Positions 18,766 to 29,473 of a stretch of 64,000 bases of DNA are shown one piece after another. The DNA is from Gammaproteobacteria bacterium (GTDB lineage: Bacteria; Pseudomonadota; Gammaproteobacteria; Eutrophobiales; Eutrophobiaceae). The position numbers and the translations under genes are program-made. The notes beneath the pieces were generated by a model. It saw only the letters and a program-made list of their open reading frames with translations. It was not told the origin of the DNA and did not search any database. Position 1 is the stretch's first letter. Each line of letters opens with the position of its first letter. The stretch covers positions 1,824,001 to 1,888,000 of the forward strand of contig CBDEUK010000002.1 of the NCBI GenBank assembly GCA_965243205.1. Direction: 5' to 3'.

Positions 18766-19617
18766 TTAGCTAAGAGTTTTTTCTGCCGAAAGTACAGTAT
18801 TTGCGACCAGCATTGTAATGGTCATAGGGCCAACACCACCAGGAACAGGTGTGATGTGCCCTGCTAATTCTTTGCAGCTTTCGAAATCAACATCGCCGAC
18901 TAAGCGACCGTCATCTAAACGGTTAATGCCAACGTCAATAACAATAGAGCCTGGTTTGATCATATCGCCCGTGATCATTTCAGGTCGACCTGTGGCAACA
19001 ACTAATATGTCAGCCATGCTAGTATAAAATTTTAAATCTTTGGTTTTTGAAGTACAGATACTGACCGTTGCGCTTTCTTGTAACAACATTAGAGCCATAG
19101 GCTTGCCAACAATATTACTACGGCCAATAACCACCGCATTTTGCCCGGCAATATCTGCATCGATATGGTCAAGCATTGCCATAACACCGTATGGTGTACA
19201 AGGAGGAAATACGGTATTGCCGGCAACTAAGCCACCTAAGTTATAGAGATGAAAGCCATCGACGTCTTTTTCAGCAGAGATGGTTTCTAATACCTTATCG
19301 ACATCAATTTGTTTAGGTAGAGGAAGTTGAACCAAAATACCATGAATGTCTGAATCCATATTTAAATTGTTAATACGCTCTAATAGCATATCTTCACTGG
19401 TATCTTCTGGTAGTTCGATCATTTCTGAATGTAGACCTAAGTCATGGCATGCTTTGACTTTATTCCTGACATACACTCGTGAAGCTGGGTTATCACCGAC
19501 AATGATGACTGCAAGTCCTGGTAACACCCCTTTAGCTTTTAGGGCGTCAGCTCTATCTTTCCAATGTTCTCGGACTTTTAAGGCAACGGCTTTACCGTCG
19601 ATGATTTCTGCGGTCAT
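18766..19617 (-). CDS. folD: Methylenetetrahydrofolate dehydrogenase/cyclohydrolase
   Basis: [39 protein letters not shown] and [11 protein letters not shown] motifs. Confidence 0.97.
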   Translation of the reverse strand: MTAEIIDGKAVALKVREHWKDRADALKAKGVLPGLAVIIVGDNPASRVYVRNKVKACHDLGLHSEMIELPEDTSEDMLLERINNLNMDSDIHGILVQLPLPKQIDVDKVLETISAEKDVDGFHLYNLGGLVAGNTVFPPCTPYGVMAMLDHIDADIAGQNAVVIGRSNIVGKPMALMLLQESATVSICTSKTKDLKFYTSMADILVVATGRPEMITGDMIKPGSIVIDVGINRLDDGRLVGDVDFESCKELAGHITPVPGGVGPMTITMLVANTVLSAEKTLS

Positions 19618-19650
19618 GAAATATTTTCTCCCATTAAACAGTTAATATAT

Positions 19651-20766
19651 TTAACAACAAGACTGTTGAGTATTGTTTTTATGTGTGCCACCTTTGGTTT
19701 CTGCTACGCTGCGTTTAGTATTTGGCGGTGCGCACCAGTTAACCGGCTCTTTTTCTACTGCAGGACTGATGCCAATAAAGTCATCACGATAAGGTCCCTC
19801 AGTACAAAATTGAAAGGTGCGTTCACAAACAGCCATTCTTTCGCCACGTGGAAAAACGTGACCATCATCATCTTCGACTTGACTGTAAAAGCCTTTATAA
19901 ATTACAGCGTGACCTTTGTCGATGCAATCTTTGCCAAGTGGTTTAACAGCGGTTAATGTTACTGAACGAAATTCAATATTTTCGACCACTTGCCATGGTT
20001 CATCAGTCCATTTGTCATATGAAATTGCTTGAAAGCCGACTTCTTTGAACATAGCTAACATTTCTTGTTCTTGAAATGCGCCAGAAATACATCCAGACCA
20101 TAGTTCATCATTCGCTTTTAAATGATCAGGAATAGGTTCATCAGAAATAATGTCTGAAATAGCGATACGACCGCCTGGTTTAACGACACGATATATCTCA
20201 TTTACAAGTTGTTGTTTCTGTTCATCATCAACAAGATTAAGCACGCAGTTAGATATTACTAAGTCAATGGAATTATCTTTTATTAATGGGGTTTCTGAAC
20301 GTTGAGTTTTTTTAAAGGCTTCAAGAGTTTTTAAATCTTCATGATTTGAAATCGGATTTTGTTGTATGAAATCATTTAAATTTTCAACATTCAAAGCCAA
20401 GTCTTGAATTTGTCCTTTTAAAAACGTAACACGATCATTACCAATTTTAGTTGCCATTTCAGGTTGATATTTACGAGCAAGTTGCAGCATATCATCGTTC
20501 ATATCTACACCAATCACCGAGCCATTTTCGCCAACGAGTTGAGCTGCCATATAACAGATCTTGCCACTACCAGAACCTAAATCGAGTACTGTATCGCCTG
20601 TTTGCACGTAACGAGAAGGATCGCCACAACCGTAATCTTTTTCTATAATTTCTTCAGGTAATAGTTTTAATAAAGAAGTATCGTAATCAACAGGACAACA
20701 TAAGGCTTCTTGTCGTTCTTCAGCACCTTGTGAGTATCGTTCAAGGACAGCAGAATCTTTATTCAT
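19651..20766 (-). CDS. ArsM-like As(III) SAM-dependent methyltransferase
   Basis: LCCP, YGCGDP, LDLGSGSG, ISNCVLNL and LWSGCISGA (four ArsM-type Cys); extended C-terminal domain ending in CC. Confidence 0.75.
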   Translation of the reverse strand: MNKDSAVLERYSQGAEERQEALCCPVDYDTSLLKLLPEEIIEKDYGCGDPSRYVQTGDTVLDLGSGSGKICYMAAQLVGENGSVIGVDMNDDMLQLARKYQPEMATKIGNDRVTFLKGQIQDLALNVENLNDFIQQNPISNHEDLKTLEAFKKTQRSETPLIKDNSIDLVISNCVLNLVDDEQKQQLVNEIYRVVKPGGRIAISDIISDEPIPDHLKANDELWSGCISGAFQEQEMLAMFKEVGFQAISYDKWTDEPWQVVENIEFRSVTLTAVKPLGKDCIDKGHAVIYKGFYSQVEDDDGHVFPRGERMAVCERTFQFCTEGPYRDDFIGISPAVEKEPVNWCAPPNTKRSVAETKGGTHKNNTQQSCC

Positions 20767-21578
20767 GAGTTTTCCTCTGTAGGTTGGTAGTGTTTAAAGG
20801 GTTGAATCAGTAGTGCTAATAATGAAACGGAATCAGTTTGTGGAATTTCATTTAAACCAATGATCATTTTTTCTTGTCCCAGTTTTGGATTATGTTTATA
20901 GCTCTTAAATAATCTATCCCATAAACTGATACTGAAACCATAATTACTATTCGTTTCATTTTTTATCACTGAATGATGTATGCGATGCATATCAGGCGTC
21001 ACAATAAAATAGCGTAGGTATTTATCGAGCTTAATTGGAATATGAATATTACTGTGATTAAAAATAGGTGAAACATTAAGTATTAATTCAAAAATTAAAA
21101 CAGCAAGAATAGGAATACCTAATATCATTACTGCGGTACTTTTAATAATAATGGATAAAATGATTTCGATAGGGTGAAAGCGAATGCCTGAGGTCGCATC
21201 TAAATCTTTATCACTATGATGCATTCGATGTAAGCGCCAAAGTAGAGGAATTTTATGAAACAAGCGGTGTTGCCAGTAGATTAAAAAATCCAATAATAGA
21301 AACGATAAAATAATTACCAGTATCGAATTCATTTCAAATTGTTGAAACAACCCCCATTGATATTTTTCTGTTAAAAGTGCGACGTTTGAAACTGTGATTG
21401 TCGGCAGAAAAAAACGGATGATAAGATTCGAAATAATAATTAGGCTGATGTTATTGACCCGTCGAGACGAAGCAATAGCCATCGTCTGGCGACGAGGGGA
21501 GTATTGTTGCCATAGCAGCATCAATAATAAGCTGCCAATAAATGCTATAATACGGATAATCGCTTCATTCTCTATCAT
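20763..21578 (-). CDS. Sterol desaturase / fatty acid hydroxylase family protein
   Basis: His boxes YWQHRLFH, LHRMHH, FNHSN and HRIHH plus NYG...WDRLF; TM helices. Confidence 0.9.
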   Translation of the reverse strand: MIENEAIIRIIAFIGSLLLMLLWQQYSPRRQTMAIASSRRVNNISLIIISNLIIRFFLPTITVSNVALLTEKYQWGLFQQFEMNSILVIILSFLLLDFLIYWQHRLFHKIPLLWRLHRMHHSDKDLDATSGIRFHPIEIILSIIIKSTAVMILGIPILAVLIFELILNVSPIFNHSNIHIPIKLDKYLRYFIVTPDMHRIHHSVIKNETNSNYGFSISLWDRLFKSYKHNPKLGQEKMIIGLNEIPQTDSVSLLALLIQPFKHYQPTEENS

Positions 21579-21623
21579 TGTTATTATATCGTCTTAAAAA
21601 ACGTTATTATGACCACAGTTTAA

Positions 21624-22637
<1,014 letters not shown>

Positions 22638-22678
22638 ATTTTTATTGGTAATTGTTTAAAGCATATATAAACAATCAC

Positions 22679-23407
22679 TTAGTCTGTTAAGAAAAATGTA
22701 ATATTTGTAACCACCCTAACATCTTTTTCAATTTTATTAGTGTCACCATAATTTTCGCCGACATCTCGTATTACAAAGCCTCCTTGTCTTGCGCTTCTAA
22801 TTCCTCCAACTTTAACTCCAGCATTTGTTGCAAATTCATTTGCGGCTACTCTAGCATTTTTAGTTGCTTCTTTAAGCATATCAGGCTTTATATCATTAAG
22901 TTTTGTGAAGTGATAAGCAGGAGCATTGTTCGTAACATTTAATCCTTGTGCAATAAGTTTATTTAATTTGGCTCTAACTTCAGCGACTAATTTTACTTTC
23001 TTGGTTTGAACTTCAATTTCACCAATCAATAAATGTTTTTCTTCTACTAGATTCTGGTTTTCGTCTCGAAATTCTTTCTTTACATAATTTATAACGCCTG
23101 GTTTTATTTCATCATTTATAAAGCCACTATCGATTAATAAAGAAATGATTTTATTTTGATCTGTTTCTGATTCTTCATATAAGCGAGGTATTTCAGATTT
23201 TAATTTTCCAGATACTGTATATTGTATCGACCAATAAGCTTTATCAGCTTCAACACGTCGCTCTGCGAGTCCTTTCACTTCAGCAGTATTTAAAGCAACT
23301 TTTGATTTATAAAGAGTTTGGCTAACAAAGTAACCAGCGCTTGCTATCCCTATTGCTAATAATAAAGCTGAAAATGCAGAATGATTTAAGTGTTTATTAT
23401 TTTCCAT
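22679..23407 (-). CDS. SIMPL (DUF541) domain protein
   Basis: N-terminal TM, VKGLAER.V.AD, KPDMLKEAT.NAR.AA..FA and G.IRSARQG; start set to MENN (GGAG RBS). Confidence 0.88.
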   Translation of the reverse strand: MENNKHLNHSAFSALLLAIGIASAGYFVSQTLYKSKVALNTAEVKGLAERRVEADKAYWSIQYTVSGKLKSEIPRLYEESETDQNKIISLLIDSGFINDEIKPGVINYVKKEFRDENQNLVEEKHLLIGEIEVQTKKVKLVAEVRAKLNKLIAQGLNVTNNAPAYHFTKLNDIKPDMLKEATKNARVAANEFATNAGVKVGGIRSARQGGFVIRDVGENYGDTNKIEKDVRVVTNITFFLTD

Positions 23408-23505
23408 GTGTTGTTCTCCAAAGACTTTTATGTATCTAAATACCAATTAAGAATATATCTATATTCTATAGAGTTTTTATTTTAAATTGTAAAAAATAAT
23501 ATTAA

Positions 23506-24282
23506 TTATTTGATCCAACGGATTTCTAAAGCGGTTTCTTTACCTACTAATACGTATTTTAGTCCTTTAGGAATTTTAGACTCAGTTTCAGAAATAGGAA
23601 TCCTACCGCCCATGATTTCGGCTCTTCTTTGTGGTAATAATGGGTTTCTGTCGGGTTCAGCATAACCAATAGGGTACAGTGGCTGATTATTAGAAAGATC
23701 ATATTTATCGCTAGCACCTAAAGTATGCAACATTTCATGAGTAATGATTACATTGTTCTGAGCATTTTGTTTTTTACTAGAAAATGCATTGACGATGCCG
23801 AGCATGCCTTTTTGTAAGCCTAATGAATGGGCAACGCGAGAAGTTTTGTCTGGATCAAAGTAACGTACAAAAATTTGGATATCTTTGGGAGTTTCAAAAT
23901 TATCATTAGCCCAAGCCCAGTAACGTAACTTCAAACTCCAGAGCATTACGGATAAAACATTACCATTGGCTGGCGGCATCGGGGGTTGCACATTTAATGG
24001 TTTGGCTAAATAAACAGATATAGGTTGATCGGTAGATAGCTTATAACGTTTCGCCTCTCGTTCAATAAAGGTTTCTATTGGTTTAAAGTCTTCAATGGAT
24101 AACTTATGAATGTAAGAATTGGTTTTGCTACTGCCATCTGCATTAATAGGATAAATAACGACCCATAATTTATCATTCCAATCGGTTGAACGAGTCCTTG
24201 TGAGGTACTCGCCCCCTGCGACACCAAATAAAATGATCAATAAAATTAATATTCGTAGATTTTTTAAATTATTACCTGACAT
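23506..24282 (-). CDS. Conserved hypothetical membrane-anchored zinc metallopeptidase-like protein
   Basis: N-terminal TM; HEMLHTLGASDKYD (HExxHxxGxxD) with a downstream EIM Met-turn-like motif. Confidence 0.6.
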   Translation of the reverse strand: MSGNNLKNLRILILLIILFGVAGGEYLTRTRSTDWNDKLWVVIYPINADGSSKTNSYIHKLSIEDFKPIETFIEREAKRYKLSTDQPISVYLAKPLNVQPPMPPANGNVLSVMLWSLKLRYWAWANDNFETPKDIQIFVRYFDPDKTSRVAHSLGLQKGMLGIVNAFSSKKQNAQNNVIITHEMLHTLGASDKYDLSNNQPLYPIGYAEPDRNPLLPQRRAEIMGGRIPISETESKIPKGLKYVLVGKETALEIRWIK

Positions 24283-24390
24283 TATTATATCCTTGGTGTT
24301 GCCATAAAACTTTGTAGCAAGGTTGCAGTCATATTTGTATCATACAATTTAGAATATTCTTTAGTCATCTTCTTTAATAGGTAAATTATC

Positions 24391-25245
24391 ATGTTAGTGA
24401 GCGCCAGCCGTTATATTGGATTGTTTTTGTTATTTAGCATTTTTTCTATACAACCTTCTATTGCTGCAGATAAAGATAAATTGTTTGATGAGGCTATACG
24501 CGCCAAACATCGGGATAAGGCTAATATGGAGCGCGATGTGTTTCGACATCCGCGACAAACATTGAATTTCTTTGGTTTATTACCACACATGAATGTTGTC
24601 GAAATTTGGCCTGGTCGAGGATGGTATACGGAAATATTAGCACCGATTATGCGGGATGAAGGGAAACTATATTTGGCAGGTTTTGCATCATCGGCGAAAC
24701 GTGCGCCTGAATGGCGTAAAAAAATGCAGAAGGAATACGAAGCAAAATTAGCTGAGTCTCCTGAGGTATATGATCGAACAATCATAACGGAGCTTTCTAT
24801 TCCTGAAGCAACAGAGATCGCACCAGAACAATCAGTGGATATGATCTTAACTTTTCGAAATGTGCATAACTGGATGAAGGGTGAATATGCAGAAGAAATG
24901 TTTCAGGTTTTTGCCAAAACTTTAAAGCCGGGAGGTGTACTTGGTATTGTTGAACACAGAGCGATTCCTGGTACAAGTTTAGAAGAGATGATCCAATCAG
25001 GTTATGTTACAGAAGAACATGTTATTAAATTGGCGGAAGACGCAGGGTTTGTTTTAGAAGCTCGAACGGATATTAACGCAAATGGTAATGACACGACTCA
25101 ACATCCTAAGGGTGTATGGACATTGCCGCCAACGTTACGATTTTGTAAATCAATCGAAAACGATACTGAAAAAGATCAGTGTATTGATAAATATACAAAA
25201 ATCGGTGAGTCGGATCGTATGACATTAAAGTTTCGAAAACTTTAA
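24391..25245 (+). CDS. Exported class I SAM-dependent methyltransferase (COG4798-like)
   Basis: Signal peptide; RD..RHP..TL.FFG, VEIWPG.GWYTEIL, TFRNVHNW and IGESDRMTLKF motifs. Confidence 0.88.
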   Translation: MLVSASRYIGLFLLFSIFSIQPSIAADKDKLFDEAIRAKHRDKANMERDVFRHPRQTLNFFGLLPHMNVVEIWPGRGWYTEILAPIMRDEGKLYLAGFASSAKRAPEWRKKMQKEYEAKLAESPEVYDRTIITELSIPEATEIAPEQSVDMILTFRNVHNWMKGEYAEEMFQVFAKTLKPGGVLGIVEHRAIPGTSLEEMIQSGYVTEEHVIKLAEDAGFVLEARTDINANGNDTTQHPKGVWTLPPTLRFCKSIENDTEKDQCIDKYTKIGESDRMTLKFRKL

Positions 25246-25252
25246 TCTATTA

Positions 25253-26218
25253 TTATTCCCACTCTAGCTCAGAAAACGCCTTGGTAACGTTGCGTTTATG
25301 ATGTTGTTCATGAAGAAGCCAATTGAGTTTTTCATCTTTACCAACTTCATCAACAATCTCTTCCATAAAAGCACCATTATCAAGCTTTTCTCTTATATGA
25401 GTTAATAAATGAGTTAAATAATTATTTTCAGCTTCCATTCCATTAGGCCATTCAACAACAGCTCCATGCCCAGGTATGACATTCGAAAAATTTTCCGTTT
25501 TTAATTGTTCTAATACTTTCAACCAACCTTTTAAACTACCATCTAGCGCAGGTATGCGCTGAACAAACAATAGATCTCCAAGAAAAGCCGTTTGAGATGA
25601 GTTATCGATAACAATTAAATCGGTTGTACTATGAGCACTGGAAAAGGCTTGTAGAGTCAGTTTGCGATTTCCGAGCTCGAGTTCCATTGAATCTTCAACT
25701 AATAGAGTAGGAGAAATAATACCATCATCATTAGCGAATTCTCCTAAGTCTTCTTTAAACTCTGTTAGAAAGAATTCTTTGTTTGCAGGCATCGCTTCAT
25801 ATAAATTTACATGGCCAACAAATTCAGTATTGTCAGATTTGAAAACAGCATTGCCTAATACATGGTCGAAATGTACATGGGTATTAATGACATAACAAAT
25901 AGGTTTATCACTAACTGATTGAATACTGTTTTTAAATGTTTGAGCAATTTTTGTTGAACCACCTGTATCAATTACAGCAATACATTTTTCACCGATAATA
26001 AAACCTAGGTTAGCAATATCATCATGTTCTGCATCATCAAATAATACATGTTTTCCTAAATGTACAAATAAACCCTCTGTAACTTCTGTTAAATTGAATT
26101 CTGGATTAGGAATAGATGCATTATCGTTTTCTAAATCTATCGATGATGCATTATGATTTAAATATACATAAATTGATGCTGGCAATAGTATTAAACAAAT
26201 AAGAATAATTTTTTTCAT
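25253..26218 (-). CDS. Quinoprotein-relay-system zinc metallohydrolase (SoxH-like MBL fold)
   Basis: IANLGFIIG..CIAVIDTGG, THVHFDH, GDLLF..RIP.LDGSL.GW, PGHG and C-terminal ELEWE. Confidence 0.8.
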   Translation of the reverse strand: MKKIILICLILLPASIYVYLNHNASSIDLENDNASIPNPEFNLTEVTEGLFVHLGKHVLFDDAEHDDIANLGFIIGEKCIAVIDTGGSTKIAQTFKNSIQSVSDKPICYVINTHVHFDHVLGNAVFKSDNTEFVGHVNLYEAMPANKEFFLTEFKEDLGEFANDDGIISPTLLVEDSMELELGNRKLTLQAFSSAHSTTDLIVIDNSSQTAFLGDLLFVQRIPALDGSLKGWLKVLEQLKTENFSNVIPGHGAVVEWPNGMEAENNYLTHLLTHIREKLDNGAFMEEIVDEVGKDEKLNWLLHEQHHKRNVTKAFSELEWE

Positions 26219-26307
26219 AGTCTAATAACCTTTAAGTTATAAAGAATAAAAACATCGTTCTTATCTATAAAAATAATAACAGAGAAAAATAATATTCAAA
26301 TTCGTTA

Positions 26308-26652
26308 TCATCTTTTTCTAAGTGCTGATTCAGTAAAATTGATTCCATCCCAACCAGTCTGCATGAATTGACGAATATTTGCATGATTATCTGCTTCGGG
26401 ATTTTTTAAAACATCGTTGCGATAAAAGCGACCAAAACAATGTAAGGTATCTTGTTCTGATAATCCCATTTCTTTAGCAAATGCAAAAATTTTGCATGAA
26501 CCTTCATTTTCACCAGCCTGGTTAATTAATTGATGGTTGTGAAAAGTAACAGGTGTGTAAATAAACTGTCCTTCTATGGTTGATATGGTATCTTCAAAAT
26601 CTAAAGTTTCTGGTTCTATTTCTAAGCGTTGTATAAATTCTTGTGGAGTCAT
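26308..26652 (-). CDS. HopJ-family protein
   Basis: NQAGENEGSCKIFAFA...TLHCFGRFYR.DVL.NP...H.NIR.FM.TGW.GI.F signature. Confidence 0.88.
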   Translation of the reverse strand: MTPQEFIQRLEIEPETLDFEDTISTIEGQFIYTPVTFHNHQLINQAGENEGSCKIFAFAKEMGLSEQDTLHCFGRFYRNDVLKNPEADNHANIRQFMQTGWDGINFTESALRKR

Positions 26653-26655
26653 AGT

Positions 26656-27021
26656 TTGTTTTATCGAAGTTTAAAAATTTTTATTGTAATGCTTGGGGTA
26701 TATTTTAACAGTAATCTCTTTGCTTTAGAGAAAGAATCTCCTACAGGGAAAGATTTATTAAAATCATGTCAATCTTTGTTGTCTTCGCAAGCGACAGAAA
26801 TGCAACATATGTTATGTACCTGGTATATTTTGCCTTGTGATTGTGAACAAAAAGATGAATCTATTCCAAGGGTTTGTTTACCCAGTAAGGTTGATGAAAC
26901 AGAATTAGCAAAAATAATAGTCAATGATTTAAATCTAAATCAAGATTTACAAAGAAAATCGTCGCAATTTGCAGCAAATACAATTTTACAAAGATACTAT
27001 CCGTGCAAAAAGGAAAATTAA
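26656..27021 (+). CDS. Rap1a/Tai-family periplasmic immunity-like protein
   Basis: TTG at 26656 gives a signal peptide; TG.DLL..C...C..YI....VCLP..V....L.....L...YPC pattern. Confidence 0.6.
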   Translation: MFYRSLKIFIVMLGVYFNSNLFALEKESPTGKDLLKSCQSLLSSQATEMQHMLCTWYILPCDCEQKDESIPRVCLPSKVDETELAKIIVNDLNLNQDLQRKSSQFAANTILQRYYPCKKEN

Positions 27022-27025
27022 ATTA

Positions 27026-27259
27026 TTAAGAAACTTTTGGAAGGAAGCGCGAAGGAATCTTTTCTATTAATGGACCTAGCTTTTTATGCTCAAGCAGCGA
27101 TTGAAAGCATTTTTTGTCGGCCCATGCAAAACACCAGGCAGCAGCTATCAAGAAGCAAGTAGTGGGCATTAATGGTACAAAAATACCAATGATACCCAGG
27201 CCGATGGACATAATACCCACGGCGATCAGAAGCCTTTGTTTGAGGTTGTGTTTGTACAT
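27026..27259 (-). CDS. Short YbaN/DUF454-family membrane protein (possibly truncated)
   Basis: LGIIGIFVPLMPTTCFLIAAAWCFA...L.H..LGP.I; only 77 aa. Confidence 0.7.
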   Translation of the reverse strand: MYKHNLKQRLLIAVGIMSIGLGIIGIFVPLMPTTCFLIAAAWCFAWADKKCFQSLLEHKKLGPLIEKIPSRFLPKVS

Positions 27260-27318
27260 GAAATTTATATCGGAAGAAAAAAAAATTTCTTTAATTAAAA
27301 AGCGTTATTTTATAGACC

Positions 27319-28317
27319 CTATTTAAGAGGTACAAGCAAGCTGGTTTTTATTTCATTGCTATGAGCTACCTCATTTGGATCATTTACATAGACTTCAACA
27401 GAAGGTCTTGATTTATCTAGTTTTAATTTCGACATGTAAATATGTGCCATGGCTGCATACCAAGCTGATTCTAAGAATTCATAACTTCCTTGTGCATCAA
27501 TTTGGTAATGTTTCCCTGTTCCTAATGGTTTGATCGTATATGGGCCTTTTTCCAAATCACCAGATATCGGGATTGCCATATCGCAAATGAAATACATCTT
27601 ATCGATATCAGCTTTGTGATAAAACGCTCTTGGTGCGCCGGCAATAGTACCATTATTTTCTTGAACATAATTTAATAATTCTGGAAAGCCCTTTTCCATG
27701 GCTTTTGTCATATCATCTAAATGGCCCTCAAAGTGTTTACATAAAAACGATTGTTCGTCATGTATAGACTCGCCAATAAATTCAATCTCGGGGTGTTCAG
27801 CGTTTTGATTTAAAGCGCCAGCCAACATAGCCAAACCGAGTTTATAATCTTGACCGATCATCTGTTTCATTTTTGGAACCATAAAGCGAAACAAAAAAGG
27901 CATCTGACTATTCATAATCCATGTGACTTCTGTTTTATCTCCATGCTCTTTTAATTCAAATCGAATGTCTGCAGAATTTTTAAAAGGCTTTAGAATATCC
28001 AATTTCTGTTCAATTAGATTTGGTGCAGAAAAGTTTAGGTGTGTTAATTTCCCGGCGCCAACAATTTGGCCATTCCAAGTATAGAACCCATTTTCTTCAG
28101 AAGGTGTTTCACTGAATTCTAATTCGCAATCAGGTTCATGAATAAGCCAAGGGCTCCACTCTTTCCAGCTTTTAAAGTCTCGTAATTTATTAAAGATGGT
28201 ATTTATGTTTTCGTCATAGATATGTGAAGTGCGTACTTCGAACTTACCTTCTAAATTTGCAAGATAAATTAGCGCCGCGCCAATAATGAGAAAAAGCAAA
28301 CTTAGAATGTATATCAT
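27319..28317 (-). CDS. SRPBCC + GyrI-like small-molecule-binding protein
   Basis: N-terminal TM, W.EWSPW, Y.W.G...GAG and T.VTW (SRPBCC); C-terminal G.Y..L..AW...EVY.NDP (GyrI-like). Confidence 0.85.
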   Translation of the reverse strand: MIYILSLLFLIIGAALIYLANLEGKFEVRTSHIYDENINTIFNKLRDFKSWKEWSPWLIHEPDCELEFSETPSEENGFYTWNGQIVGAGKLTHLNFSAPNLIEQKLDILKPFKNSADIRFELKEHGDKTEVTWIMNSQMPFLFRFMVPKMKQMIGQDYKLGLAMLAGALNQNAEHPEIEFIGESIHDEQSFLCKHFEGHLDDMTKAMEKGFPELLNYVQENNGTIAGAPRAFYHKADIDKMYFICDMAIPISGDLEKGPYTIKPLGTGKHYQIDAQGSYEFLESAWYAAMAHIYMSKLKLDKSRPSVEVYVNDPNEVAHSNEIKTSLLVPLK

Positions 28318-28458
28318 TTTATAACTCCATTAAGCATTGAATGATTAAGGTTGCATAAACTACGAGTGAATTTAATAGCAAAATGCAGCTATAATTATAA
28401 ATAATACACTAAGGCTTTTAAACTGGATTTATAATTCTAAATTTATAATCGCTAAAAT

Positions 28459-28977
28459 ATGTTATTTGGAAGAAAAAAATTATTTGATAACCATCAAATA
28501 GGTGTTTTATTTGTTTGTATGGGAAATATTTGTCGTTCACCTGCAGCTGAAGGTATATTCAAACATTATGTTCAGGAGCAATCGAATACAGATAAGTTTT
28601 TTATCGATTCAGCAGGCACTTTAGGTTCTCATGCAGGACAAAAACCAGATGCAAGAATGGTAAAGGCAGCAGAATGTAGAGGTTATAATTTGGATTCTGA
28701 AGCAAGAAAAGTTGTGAAAAAAGATATCGAAGAGTTTGATTTGGTATTGGCAATGGATTTTGATAATTTGATGAATCTCTATAATTTATCTAAAGCAGAG
28801 CCTGAACATGTTCGTTTGTACGGCAGCTATTTAGAAGGCGCACAAAATTCTACTGTTGCGAAATCAGTTCCTGATCCTTATTACGGAAATGCTAGTGGGT
28901 TTGAGTTGGTGTTAGATATGATAGAAGAGGCAACACCAAAAATTTATGATTTTTGTTTGAACGAAATAAAAAAATAA
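28459..28977 (+). CDS. Low-molecular-weight protein-tyrosine phosphatase
   Basis: VCMGNICRSP, DSAGT, AMD and VPDPYYG motifs. Confidence 0.93.
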   Translation: MLFGRKKLFDNHQIGVLFVCMGNICRSPAAEGIFKHYVQEQSNTDKFFIDSAGTLGSHAGQKPDARMVKAAECRGYNLDSEARKVVKKDIEEFDLVLAMDFDNLMNLYNLSKAEPEHVRLYGSYLEGAQNSTVAKSVPDPYYGNASGFELVLDMIEEATPKIYDFCLNEIKK

Positions 28978-29463
28978 TCAATTACTGATCCATTGTTTAT
29001 CGAATTTATTTTTTTCAGCATTCCAATAAAATATGGATTTATGGCCGATGGAATGTGAATACCATATACCTGGTAGCGTTGTACCAAACTCAGCTGTTTC
29101 ATATTCATCACATTGCCACTGACCTTTGCCACATGCAGTCAAATAATTTCCTGGCTGTGCTAGTTCAATTGACATACTAAGTTTGGCATTAGGGTAATCT
29201 GGTCCCCAGCTGATTCTTTCTAACATCTGCCATTCTGTTCCGTTTTCTATCGATAGCAAAACAAATAAGCCCTCTCCACTAAAACTGATACTTTTTAATA
29301 AATAAGCGGAATCATTTACTCCATCGCCGTTAAAATCAGCCGATAATTCCATGAGTTTTTGATTGGTAATTTCAGAAGCTTCAGGTAAACGCCAACCAGG
29401 TGGCAATGATTCAGCAATTGAAGCGAATGGTAAGAATAAAAATAATAATATTATAAAACGCAT
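28978..29463 (-). CDS. Hypothetical exported protein with a DFNGDG (FG-GAP/VCBS-like) loop
   Basis: Signal peptide, ADFNGDGVNDSAYLL, ACGKG.W.C and C-terminal F...W.S. Confidence 0.6.
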   Translation of the reverse strand: MRFIILLFLFLPFASIAESLPPGWRLPEASEITNQKLMELSADFNGDGVNDSAYLLKSISFSGEGLFVLLSIENGTEWQMLERISWGPDYPNAKLSMSIELAQPGNYLTACGKGQWQCDEYETAEFGTTLPGIWYSHSIGHKSIFYWNAEKNKFDKQWISN

Positions 29464-29473
29464 AAGAGTCTGA

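Noticed and set aside
26308-26652. Evidence of a type III secretion or virulence island
   Set aside because: HopJ-family proteins are widespread in non-pathogens, and no T3SS genes are present.
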